Program-made: the position numbers and the translations under genes
The notes under the pieces: generated by a model
The model's database searches: none
What the model was told of the DNA's origin: nothing
What the model saw: only the letters and a program-made list of their open reading frames with translations
NCBI GenBank assembly: GCA_046758965.1
Contig: JBHIBG010000007.1
Span: 15,072-79,071, forward strand
From: Candidatus Methylomirabilia bacterium
Lineage (GTDB): Bacteria > Methylomirabilota > Methylomirabilia > Rokubacteriales > CSP1-6
Length of the DNA: 64,000 nt
Direction: 5' to 3'
Shown: piece by piece, positions 1 to 8,863 of the stretch
Position numbering within the stretch: position 1 is the first letter of the stretch
How the letters are laid out: each line of letters starts with the position of its first letter

Positions 1-81
1 AAGCGGCCTTGCCTCGGCGAGGCCGCGGAGAGCCCGAGTCGGGAGCGAGGAAAGGGGGACGGTAGTCTCCCTCCGAGCGTT

Positions 82-921
82 ATGACCAGGGTGAGCTTGG
101 TGACGGTGGTCTTCAACCAGCTCCCGCTGACCCGTCGTTGCCTCGAAAGCCTCCGTCCCACCACAATCCCCTTCGACCTCGTGGCGGTCGACAATGGCTC
201 CACGGACGGAACCCGAGAGTTCTTCCAGTCGCTCCGTCATCCCTCCTCCGTCAGCTACCACCGGAACACGGAGAACCTGGGCCTGATCAAGGCCCTGAAT
301 CAGGGTTGGCGACTGGCCCGCGGGGAGTTCGTCTGCTTCCTTCACAACGACACAGAGGTCCGGGAGCCGCGGTGGCTGGAGCGGCTGGCGCAGGCGCTCG
401 ATGCCGATCCCTCAGTCGGGCTCGCCGGCCTCTACGGGGCGAGGCGGATCCGTGGGGACGGGCGTTATGTCGGCCGGACGATCGTGCACTGCCTGGCGGA
501 GGCTCCCACGCTCCGGGGCCCGGTGGCCGAGGTGGCGGCGGTGGACGGGGTCTGTCTCTTCCTCCGGCGGGAGCTCTTGGAGCGGCTGGGCGGCTTCGAC
601 GAGGGCTATGGCTTCTTCCACGGCTATGACAAGGACCTCTCGTTCGCGGTGCGCGAGACGGGCCGGCGGTGTGTCGTGGTCAACGCGCCTTTCGTCCACC
701 ACGGCGGTGGGACCAGGACGAATTTCTTCACCGGGCTCGCCCGCGCCGGAGACGACCTCGCCCACCGACAGGAGGCGGGGGCCCGTTTTGCCGGCAAATG
801 GGCCCACCGGCTCCCGTGTGATGTGAGGAGCCGGCTTGAGCGGGTGCGCGACTGGATTGCAGCCAGGCTCCGGGGCGGCGGAGCGGCATCTCTGGCCGCT
901 TCCTCCCCCGAGCCCCGATGA
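82..921 (+). CDS. Glycosyltransferase family 2 protein
   Basis: N-terminal VSLVTVVFN...VDNGSTDGT, FLHNDTEV and GGFDEGYGFFHGYDKDLS motifs typical of GT2. Confidence 0.85.
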   Translation: MTRVSLVTVVFNQLPLTRRCLESLRPTTIPFDLVAVDNGSTDGTREFFQSLRHPSSVSYHRNTENLGLIKALNQGWRLARGEFVCFLHNDTEVREPRWLERLAQALDADPSVGLAGLYGARRIRGDGRYVGRTIVHCLAEAPTLRGPVAEVAAVDGVCLFLRRELLERLGGFDEGYGFFHGYDKDLSFAVRETGRRCVVVNAPFVHHGGGTRTNFFTGLARAGDDLAHRQEAGARFAGKWAHRLPCDVRSRLERVRDWIAARLRGGGAASLAASSPEPR

Positions 922-2096
922 GCGACGAGCAGATGGATAAGGTCAGGATCGGCATGGTCGGCACCGGCTTTGCCGCGGATCTCCACGCGGGGAACTACCG
1001 GTTCCTCCGCGGGCAAAAGGTCGAGCTGACCGCCGTGTGCGGCCGGGCCCGGGAGTCGACCGACCGCTTCGCCGAGCGCTTCAAGATTCCCCGGGTCTTC
1101 ACGGACTACCGCGCGCTGGCCGAGTGTTCCGAGGTGGACTGCGTGGACATCTGTGTCCCCACGGCGCTGCATCATGAGGTGGCGATCGCGGCCGCCGCGG
1201 CCGGCAAGCATCTCATCGTCGAGAAGCCGCTGACAGGCTACTTCGGCGAGGGCGACGAGCCGAGGGAGCGGATGCTGGAGGGTGCCCTCAAGAATGCTGA
1301 TGCGGTCTTGGACGCCGTCAAACGGGCCGGGGTGACCCTCTGCTACGCCGAGGACTTCGTCTATGCGCCCGCCGTGGGGAAGCTCAAGCGTCTGATCGCT
1401 GCCAGCGGGGGGACGGTCCTCGAGCTCCGAGCGGAGGAGAGCCATTCCGGCTCTCACGCGACTTACTCAGGGCGCTGGAAGACCTCTGGCGGCGGCTCCT
1501 TGCTGAGGATGGGGTCCCATCCGGTCGGGGTGGTCCTTCACCTCAAGCACTACGAAGGGCAGCTCAGAGAAGGCCGACCGATCCGGGCCCGATCTGTCCT
1601 GGCGGATGTGGGCCAGCTCACCCGGCTCCCTCGAGTGGCTGCCGAGCCCCGGAAGTGGATGCGCTCCGAGTGGGTGGACGTGGAGGACTGGTCCACCGCG
1701 GTGATCACCTTTGAGGACGGGACCAAAGCCACCATCCGGGCGAGTGACATCACCCTCGGCGGGATCAGGAACCAGCTGACGGCCTACCTCACCAACGCGG
1801 TGGTCGAGGTCAACATCAACCCCAATACGGCCATTCAGGCGTACACGCCCGATCCGGCCATCTTCAGGGACGAGTATCTCACCGAGAAGGTGGAGACCAA
1901 AGCGGGCTGGCAGTTTCCCAGCCCCGAGGAGGAATGGATGCGCGGCTTCCCCCAGGAGCTGGAGGACTTCGTGGATGCTCTTCGACAAGGCCGGGAGCCA
2001 GTCTCGGGCGCAGAGCTGGCTCGCGAAGTGGTCGAGGTGATCTACGCCGGTTACCTCTCAGCCGCCACCGCGCGCGGGGTCGATCTCTCGTGGTGA
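918..2096 (+). CDS. Gfo/Idh/MocA family oxidoreductase
   Basis: Rossmann IGMVGTGFAA, GKHLIVEKP motif, GGGSLLRMGSHP; ATGA overlap with upstream gene. Confidence 0.9.
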   Translation: MSDEQMDKVRIGMVGTGFAADLHAGNYRFLRGQKVELTAVCGRARESTDRFAERFKIPRVFTDYRALAECSEVDCVDICVPTALHHEVAIAAAAAGKHLIVEKPLTGYFGEGDEPRERMLEGALKNADAVLDAVKRAGVTLCYAEDFVYAPAVGKLKRLIAASGGTVLELRAEESHSGSHATYSGRWKTSGGGSLLRMGSHPVGVVLHLKHYEGQLREGRPIRARSVLADVGQLTRLPRVAAEPRKWMRSEWVDVEDWSTAVITFEDGTKATIRASDITLGGIRNQLTAYLTNAVVEVNINPNTAIQAYTPDPAIFRDEYLTEKVETKAGWQFPSPEEEWMRGFPQELEDFVDALRQGREPVSGAELAREVVEVIYAGYLSAATARGVDLSW

Positions 2097-2968
2097 TTCC
2101 TTTCGTCAAGGGCCACGGCCTCGGCAACGATTACCTCGTGCTCCAGGGGAAGGACCTCGACTTCCGGCTGACCCCGGTCGCGGTTCAGCGCCTCTGCCAC
2201 CGGAACTGGGGGATCGGGTCCGACGGTCTCCTGCTCCTGGTGGAGTCGGCGAAGGCGGACTTCGGTCTCAGGATCTTCAACCCGGATGGCAGCGAGGCCG
2301 AAAAGTCCGGCAACGGCCTCAGGATCTTTGCAAAGTACCTGTACGAGCACGGGCAGGCCAAGGGCCGCGTGTTTCGCGTGGAGACGCGGGGCGGCGTCGT
2401 GGGGTGCGAGTGTCACCTTGCCGGGGGCCGGGTTGACTCCGTCACGGTGGAGATGGGCCAGGCCACCTTCCGCGCGCCCGACATCCCCATGTACGGCCCC
2501 GACCGCGAGGTGGTCGCGGTCCCGCTGCAGGTCAACGACCACTTTTTCCGGGTGACCGCGCTGTCAGTGGGCAATCCGCACTGCGTGATCTTCTGCGAGA
2601 GACTCGATGAGGCGGAGGTCAGAGGCTTCGGCCCGCTGATCGAACATCACGCGGCCTTTCCGAATCGGACCAACGTCCAGTTCGCCCGCATCGAGGGGAG
2701 AGATCGGGTGTCGATCCTGATCTGGGAGCGTGGAGCCGGCTACACTCTGGCCTCGGGCTCCTCCTCGTGTGCGGTGGCCTCGGCGGCCGTGAAGAACGGA
2801 CTCTGCGACCACGGGCCGGTCACGGTTGTGATGCCAGGGGGGGAGCTCGTCATCGAGGTGCGTCCCGACTGGTCACTCCGTCTTCAGGGGCCGGTGGAGG
2901 AGGTCTGCGTGGGTACGCTCTCCCCGGATCTCGTGGCCGCGCTCAAGGGGGGCATGCCGATCCCCTGA
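2093..2968 (+). CDS. dapF: Diaminopimelate epimerase-like protein (Ser in place of both catalytic Cys)
   Basis: KGHGLGNDY, GIGSDGLL, FNPDGSEAEKSGNG, VGNPHCV, WERGAGYTLASGSS; GTG start overlaps upstream stop (GTGA). Confidence 0.8.
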   Translation: MIPFVKGHGLGNDYLVLQGKDLDFRLTPVAVQRLCHRNWGIGSDGLLLLVESAKADFGLRIFNPDGSEAEKSGNGLRIFAKYLYEHGQAKGRVFRVETRGGVVGCECHLAGGRVDSVTVEMGQATFRAPDIPMYGPDREVVAVPLQVNDHFFRVTALSVGNPHCVIFCERLDEAEVRGFGPLIEHHAAFPNRTNVQFARIEGRDRVSILIWERGAGYTLASGSSSCAVASAAVKNGLCDHGPVTVVMPGGELVIEVRPDWSLRLQGPVEEVCVGTLSPDLVAALKGGMPIP

Positions 2969-3063
2969 GAGTCACGCACGCGTCGTCACGCCGTCGCGGT
3001 CCTTTCAAGGTTCCGGCTCTTGCGCAGCCGTGTGGCGGGCGGTCCCTCGCGCTGAGAGGCGTC

Positions 3064-4251
3064 TCAGAGCCCGGATTTGTCGGCAAGCGCCAGGGCGGCT
3101 TCGGCGAGGGCCTCGACACGAGGGCCAAAGCCGGCGAATCGCTCGTCCCGGGTCTGGCCGCGCTTGTACCGGATGTAGATCTGCTGGACTACCACCGCGA
3201 TCTTGTAGAGGGCAAAGATCTCGTAGAAGGCGATCCTGGAGATGTCACGCCCCGTCTTCTCCGCGTACCGCCGAATGATCTGCGCTCGCGTGTACCACCC
3301 GGGCTGGGCGGTGACCTGGGCTATCGACTCCTTCCGGGCGTACGGGTCTCCCTCTTCAGCCCAGTAGCAGAGGAGAAGCCCGAGGTCCACCAGGGGATCC
3401 CCGAGAGTGCACATCTCCCAGTCCAGCACCGCGATCAGCCGGCCCGGATCCGCAGGGTCCAGCATCACGTTGTCCAGCTTGAAGTCGCCGTGGACCAACG
3501 CGGCCCCAGGCGGCTCAGGGATTCGCTCGGCGAGCCATCGGGCGAGTTGGCTAATGGTGGGCAGCTCGCGGTCCTTCGCGCGCTCCCAGCGCTCCACCCA
3601 CCCCTTAACCTGTCGCTCCACGAAGCCCTCCGGTTTTCCCAGGGTCGCGAGCCCGGCGGCCACGTAGTCCACCGCGTGAAGCGCGACCAGCGTGTCCACC
3701 ATCGCCTCGCTAACGCGGCGGCGGATCTCGAGAGCGCCTCCCCACTCAGCCGGCTCCTCCCGGCGCACCACGAGCCCCCGCCGTCGCTCCATCACGTAGA
3801 ACGGGACGCCGATGACCGAGGGATCCTCGCAGAGCAGGTAGGGGCGCGGGGCAGGAGGGAACACGCGCCAGAGCCCGCCGAGGACCCGGTACTCCCGGCC
3901 CATGTCATGGGCCTTGGGGGCGACAGGGCCGAGCGGAGGCCGACGTATAACGAACTCCTGATCCCCGTAGCGAAGGAGGTAGGTGAGGTTCGAGTGGCCT
4001 CCCGGAAACTGCTCCACCACGAGTGGGCCCGTGGCCCCCTGGAGGCGGTCGCGCAGATAGCGGTCGAGGGCCGAGACGTCGAACCGCTCGTCAGGGCGGA
4101 CGGGGGCCGTATCTTCGCTCGGAGGGGGGCTCGGCCCCCCTGCCGAACCTCCGCCCAGGGTGGCGCGGTCGAAGCTTGCGCCCGAACCGGCGGGCGTGGG
4201 GCTTCCCTCGACGGGGCTCGCAATGTGCTGGTCGGCGTGGGTGTTATCCAA
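3064..4251 (-). CDS. Phosphotransferase family protein (APH/ChoK-like, ACAD10/11 N-terminal type); start uncertain
   Basis: [46 protein letters not shown] motifs; TTG start at 4251 is a guess. Confidence 0.8.
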   Translation of the reverse strand: MDNTHADQHIASPVEGSPTPAGSGASFDRATLGGGSAGGPSPPPSEDTAPVRPDERFDVSALDRYLRDRLQGATGPLVVEQFPGGHSNLTYLLRYGDQEFVIRRPPLGPVAPKAHDMGREYRVLGGLWRVFPPAPRPYLLCEDPSVIGVPFYVMERRRGLVVRREEPAEWGGALEIRRRVSEAMVDTLVALHAVDYVAAGLATLGKPEGFVERQVKGWVERWERAKDRELPTISQLARWLAERIPEPPGAALVHGDFKLDNVMLDPADPGRLIAVLDWEMCTLGDPLVDLGLLLCYWAEEGDPYARKESIAQVTAQPGWYTRAQIIRRYAEKTGRDISRIAFYEIFALYKIAVVVQQIYIRYKRGQTRDERFAGFGPRVEALAEAALALADKSGL

Positions 4252-4509
4252 TCCTAGAACCGGCTCGCGAAGGCGGAGATCGACCTCCGCCGGTCCATCT
4301 TGCAGGCGGCGTGCATACGATGGATTATACGGCGGCTCTCGACAATCACAACCCATTAAGTCGCACGCTCTAGAAAACGGCGTGGGTGGGCGTGGCGGCT
4401 CTCCGGAGCAGCAGCGGTTGCCGGCGAGTGAAGACCCGGAAGGATAACCGCGCAAGAGACTTGACCCCCCTTGGAAACGGGAGAATCATGGTGTACAGGA
4501 GGCTTGCCG

Positions 4510-5484
4510 ATGATCGGCGAGACAGCCCTCACGATTCGCGCGCGCGAGTTCGAGCCGGCCTACCTCCGGCTCCCGCCGGGGGAGATCGGGCGGCGGGCGG
4601 AGGAGGCCATTGCCGCGCTCGGCTCCTGCCAGGTCTGCCCCCGCAACTGCCGGGTGGACCGCCTCCATGGCAAAGCCGCGGTCTGTAAGTCCGGGCGGCA
4701 CGCGGTCGTGGCCTCGCACTTCCCTCACTTCGGGGAGGAGGACTGCCTCCGCGGCTGGAACGGCTCGGGGACCATTTTCTTCTCCTGGTGCAACCTCCGC
4801 TGCGTCTCGTGTCAGAACTTCGACATCAGCCAGAAGGGCGAGGGCGAGCCCGTGGCGCCCGAGCGGCTGGCCGAGATGATGCTGCAGCTCCAGGCCCGCG
4901 GCTGCCACAACATCAACTTCGTGACACCGGAGCACGTGGTACCGCAGATCCTTGAAGCCCTCCTGTTCGCCATCCGCAACGGGCTCAGGCTCCCGATCGT
5001 CTACAACACCAGCGCCTATGACAGCCTGGAGAGCCTCCGGTGGATGGACGGGATCGTGGACATCTACATGCCAGACTTCAAGGTCTGGAACGGCCAGGTG
5101 GCCAAGCGCTTCTTGAAGGCTCCGGACTATCCTGAGGCGGCGCGAGCCGCGATCCGGGAGATGCACCGGCAGGTCGGCGCGCTCGTCATGGACGAGGATG
5201 GCATGGCCAAACGGGGAGTGCTGGTCCGTCACCTCGTGATGCCGGGGATGCTGGAGGAGACCCGGCAGATCATGGCATGGTTGGCCCGGGAGCTCTCCCC
5301 CGACACATACGTCAACGTGATGGGGCAGTACTCCCCAGCCGGGGCGGTCTCTTCGGAGAAGTACGCAGAGATCAACCGGAAACTCTTCCGGGACGAGTAC
5401 GAGGAAGCTGTCAGGATTGCTCGTCAGGCCGGGCTCTGGCGCCTGGATGAGCGCGGCCCGCGCCTCCGCCCGCTGTGGGGGTGA
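4510..5484 (+). CDS. Radical SAM protein (PflX / PFL-activating-enzyme-like)
   Basis: CNLRCVSC CxxxCxxC motif, N-terminal CQVCPRNC, HFGEE..GSGTIFFS, VRHLVMPG. Confidence 0.85.
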   Translation: MIGETALTIRAREFEPAYLRLPPGEIGRRAEEAIAALGSCQVCPRNCRVDRLHGKAAVCKSGRHAVVASHFPHFGEEDCLRGWNGSGTIFFSWCNLRCVSCQNFDISQKGEGEPVAPERLAEMMLQLQARGCHNINFVTPEHVVPQILEALLFAIRNGLRLPIVYNTSAYDSLESLRWMDGIVDIYMPDFKVWNGQVAKRFLKAPDYPEAARAAIREMHRQVGALVMDEDGMAKRGVLVRHLVMPGMLEETRQIMAWLARELSPDTYVNVMGQYSPAGAVSSEKYAEINRKLFRDEYEEAVRIARQAGLWRLDERGPRLRPLWG

Positions 5485-5538
5485 CGGCGAGCAGGGGCAG
5501 TATCAAAATCTGGACGTGGACAGACGCGGGTCGCAGGG

Positions 5539-5718
5539 TCAGGATGATCTTGATGGAGAGCGGTCAATGGACGTGACCCACGTGATCGTCATACCGTACA
5601 GCGCATGGACCGAGCCCATCTTGCCCTGGACGTACGCGGGGGTTCGGATCTGTCCGGCTGGGGGTTCCGCTCGGGCCCTGACGCGGTCCCCGGGCTGAAA
5701 CTTGGCTGCCGGCGTCAT
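5539..5718 (-). pseudogene. Truncated SH3-like C-terminal module of nitrile hydratase beta / thiocyanate hydrolase type
   Basis: FQPGDRVRAR...IRTPAYVQGKMGSV matches the NHase-beta SH3 start, then diverges and stops at 59 aa; ATGA-coupled to upstream gene. Confidence 0.6.
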
Positions 5719-6020
5719 CTCCGGGCCTCGATTCCCTGCAGTCTCCGGCCGATTTCTTCGCGCGTCAGGATGCCTTTTTCGATCATGAGCGTCTCGACCG
5801 CGAGGAGCCATCGCTCGTAGCACGTGCACGCCGCATACTTCTTCGGCTCGATGCCCTCAATCGCCCGGCGCAGCTCGTCTACCCGCATCACCCGCTTGTC
5901 CGGACTCGAGAGGAGCGTGACGATCGCGTCGATCCGCTTTTCCCACCGGGACAGCTCGTGTTCGGCTCTGTCGACGGGCCCGGCGCCGGGCCATCCGCCC
6001 CGATCATGCACTCGTGGCAT
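5715..6020 (-). CDS. Nitrile hydratase beta N-terminal / thiocyanate hydrolase ScnB-like protein
   Basis: VHDRGG, WEKRIDA, VDELRRAIE, YERWLLAVETLMIEKGILTREE motifs. Confidence 0.75.
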   Translation of the reverse strand: MPRVHDRGGWPGAGPVDRAEHELSRWEKRIDAIVTLLSSPDKRVMRVDELRRAIEGIEPKKYAACTCYERWLLAVETLMIEKGILTREEIGRRLQGIEARR

Positions 6021-6115
6021 CGCGGGCTCCTTGTCTCCGCCTGATCTGCCTCACGTCGCGGACAGGCCGATCGTATGGCACTGGCTGCCGAAGTCAAGAA
6101 CGGCGCCGTGTCCTG

Positions 6116-6856
6116 TCAGCTCATGAGCTCCATGAGTCGTCGGGCGTTCTGGACCGCGAAGGCGGCCTGGTCGTTGTTGAAGTAGATATAGACGTCCCGC
6201 CGGGTCTCGAGCCAGCTTCTGAGCCGCGTTGCATCGCCCCTCAGCATCCCATCCGGATAGGAGCCACCGTAGCGAACCCCAGTCCCGTGGCGGCGGAGGT
6301 AGACGAAGTCGGCGGTCACGGGATCCTCGACCGGAAGCTCGTGCCAATCAGCCAGGCACAAGGCCATGTTCGCCTCGCTGAGGCGGTCAAAGATTCCGGG
6401 CTCCAGCCACGAGGGATGGCGCACCTCGAGGACGGCTCGCAGCCCAGGCACCGTCCTCTGCTTGTCGAGCCAGGCGCAGAGCGCGTTCAGCCGGTTGATA
6501 TCGACCTTGAAATTCCCCGGAAGCTGGAAGAGGATCGGGCCGAGACTGGGGCCGAGGCGCTTTGCGCGCGTGAGAAAGGTGCGGAGTGGTTGGCCGACAT
6601 CCTTGAGCCGCTTCACATGGGTGATGTAGCGACTGACCTTCACCGCGAAGACAAACCCCTTGGGCACGGCCTGGCGCCACGCCTGGAATCTCTCCGCTTC
6701 GGGAAGGCGGTAGAAGGGGTTGTTCAGCTCCGCCGTGTCGAAGCGCTCGGCGTAGAAGGGGAGCCAGGCGCGCTGGGGGAGTTCGGCCGGGTAGAAGGGG
6801 CCGCGCCAGTGGGGGTAGACGTAGCCGCTGGTGCCGATGAAGACCCGGCCGCCCAT
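6116..6856 (-). CDS. DUF72 domain-containing protein
   Basis: IGTSGYVYPHW..FYP, ELNNPFYRLP, FAVKVSRYITHVKRL, YLRRHG, YIYFNND. Confidence 0.9.
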   Translation of the reverse strand: MGGRVFIGTSGYVYPHWRGPFYPAELPQRAWLPFYAERFDTAELNNPFYRLPEAERFQAWRQAVPKGFVFAVKVSRYITHVKRLKDVGQPLRTFLTRAKRLGPSLGPILFQLPGNFKVDINRLNALCAWLDKQRTVPGLRAVLEVRHPSWLEPGIFDRLSEANMALCLADWHELPVEDPVTADFVYLRRHGTGVRYGGSYPDGMLRGDATRLRSWLETRRDVYIYFNNDQAAFAVQNARRLMELMS

Positions 6857-6924
6857 CTCAGTTAGGCTAACTTTTCGCACTCGCTGGGCGTAAGACCGTC
6901 ATGCGCACAGGAGGACAGCTCGGC

Positions 6925-8646
6925 TCAGGAACGTGGTCTGTAGGCCCAATTGAGCAACGATTGTACCGGCAGGGTGTTCAGGACCTGGCTGGGTCCGATC
7001 CAGGCACGGCGGGCCATGGCGATCCCCAGGGTGATGCTGTTGAGGTTGTCGAGGTAGTGCGTGTCACTGTTGATGGCGATGGGAACGCCGAGCTCGGATG
7101 CCCTCCGGGCGTGGACATCCTTCAGGTCCAGCCGCTGCCAGGAAGAGTTGATCTCCAGAGCCTTGCCGTGCCTCTTGGCCGCGGTGAAGACCCGGTCGAG
7201 GTCCACGTCGTAGGGGTCGCGCTCGCCGATGAGCCGACCCGTGGGGTGAACCAGGATGTTCACGTAGGGGTTCTCCAGGGCTTTGACGATCCGGGCCGTC
7301 ATCTCCGCTCGGCTCTGCTTGAAGCGCGAGTGAACGGCAGCCAGCACGATATCCAGCTCCTTCAGGACGTCGTCGGGAAAGTCCATGCGGCCGTCAGCGA
7401 GGATGTCGCACTCGCTGCCCGCCAGGATCCGGATCTTGTGCTTCTTTTGGAGCTCGCGGATCTTCTTGGTCTGCTCTCGGAGCTCTTCCGGGGTGAGCCC
7501 GCCGGCCACGGCGGAGGAGCGGGAGTGGTCGGAGACAATGATGTACTCGTAGCCCCGCGCCTCGGCGGCCTCGATCAGCTTCTCCAGCGGGTGGTGGCCG
7601 TCCGACCAGTCGGTGTGGGCATGCAGGTCTCCCCGGATCGCGGCGAGGTCAATCGACTCCGGAAGGCTCCCGTCCAGGGCCGCTTCGATTTCCCCGCTGT
7701 TCTCCCTGAGCTCAGGGGGGATCCACGGAAGCCCGACGGCGGCATAGACCTCCTGCTCGGTGGCGCCGGCGATTCGCGTTCCGCTGGTCTCGTCGAAGAC
7801 CCCGTACTCGCTGACCTTGAGCCGTTTGCGCGAGGCGATCTCTCGCACCCGGACATTGTGGTCCTTGGACCCGGTGAAGTACTGGAGCGCGGCGCCAAAG
7901 GCGCCCGGCTCGACCACGCGGAGGTCCACCTGGATCCCCTCCTGATGGCGGATCGAAGCCTTTGTATCGTCGTGGACGAGGAGATCCTGCGCCGACGGCA
8001 GCGCGACGAAGGTTCCCAGCACCCGGGCGGGGTCGGTGGAGGTGACCAGGATGTCAATGTCTCCCACGCTCTCCTTCATCCGACGCACCGAGCCCGCAAC
8101 CTCAATCTGGCTCACCCCGCCGTGGGTGGTGAGCGTCTCCGCTAATGAGCGGGCCAGGGCCACGGCCTTGCCCAGGGGCATGCGGCTCTGGCCGGCCTTC
8201 CAGGTCGCGATGGCCTTGAGAATGTTCTCCCGTGTCTTCTCCCGGATCCCGGGCACCGTGAGGATGTCGCCGGAGCGCGTCGCCTGCTCCAGCTTTTCCA
8301 CGCTGTCGATCCCGAGCCGATCGTAGAGGAGCTTGGCGGTCTTCGGGCCGAGACCGCGGACCTCCAGCAGAGCGAGGACCCCGCGCGGGACCTCTGTGCG
8401 CATCAGCTCCAGGTCGGCGATCCTCCCCGACCTCAGGTACTCGGTGATCTTGGCGGCGAGGTCTCGGCCGACGCCAGGAATCTTCTCCAGCTCGCCGCGC
8501 CGCGCGACGGCGGCGATCTCCTCGGCGTGGGATTCCAGGTTCTGGGCGGCTCGCTGGTAGGCCCGGACGCGGAAGATATTCTCGCCCTTGATCTCCAGGA
8601 GGGCGGCTGTTTCGTAGAAGAGCTTGGCGATCTCGAAGTTCTTCAT
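6925..8646 (-). CDS. polX: DNA polymerase X family / PHP domain 3'-5' exonuclease
   Basis: HhH motifs, AGSVRR..GDIDILV, VDLRVV, YFTGSKDHN; PHP motifs HAHTDWSDG, SDHS, HPTGR, NSDTH. Confidence 0.93.
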   Translation of the reverse strand: MKNFEIAKLFYETAALLEIKGENIFRVRAYQRAAQNLESHAEEIAAVARRGELEKIPGVGRDLAAKITEYLRSGRIADLELMRTEVPRGVLALLEVRGLGPKTAKLLYDRLGIDSVEKLEQATRSGDILTVPGIREKTRENILKAIATWKAGQSRMPLGKAVALARSLAETLTTHGGVSQIEVAGSVRRMKESVGDIDILVTSTDPARVLGTFVALPSAQDLLVHDDTKASIRHQEGIQVDLRVVEPGAFGAALQYFTGSKDHNVRVREIASRKRLKVSEYGVFDETSGTRIAGATEQEVYAAVGLPWIPPELRENSGEIEAALDGSLPESIDLAAIRGDLHAHTDWSDGHHPLEKLIEAAEARGYEYIIVSDHSRSSAVAGGLTPEELREQTKKIRELQKKHKIRILAGSECDILADGRMDFPDDVLKELDIVLAAVHSRFKQSRAEMTARIVKALENPYVNILVHPTGRLIGERDPYDVDLDRVFTAAKRHGKALEINSSWQRLDLKDVHARRASELGVPIAINSDTHYLDNLNSITLGIAMARRAWIGPSQVLNTLPVQSLLNWAYRPRS

Positions 8647-8751
8647 GCGGATCAGATCATATCATGGCCTCTAGAGCGCTGAGAGGCCGGAGCTCGCCTG
8701 CGTGGCCGGTCGACCCGGGCACGGCGCGAGTGACGCTTGTGCCATCGTTAC

Positions 8752-8779
8752 TTGACATGCCTGACCATCGAGCTATAAC
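8752..8779 (+). promoter_or_regulatory. Putative sigma70 promoter
   Basis: TTGACA (8752-8757), 16 nt, TATAAC (8774-8779) upstream of ArnT-like gene. Confidence 0.4.
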
Positions 8780-8863
8780 GATAGAGCTACAGTGCTGTGC
8801 GCCATGCGGGTGATGTGCGGTCTTCCCCCAGGGGCTCCCCGTCTCGGCTGGAGCTCAATTGCC

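Noticed and set aside
2767..4257. 496-aa plus-strand ORF and similar long antisense ORFs (6901-8145, 16426-17877, 35243-36736, 47899-49158, 51009-52223, 56425-57738)
   Set aside because: Each overlaps a well-supported gene on the opposite strand and lacks family motifs.
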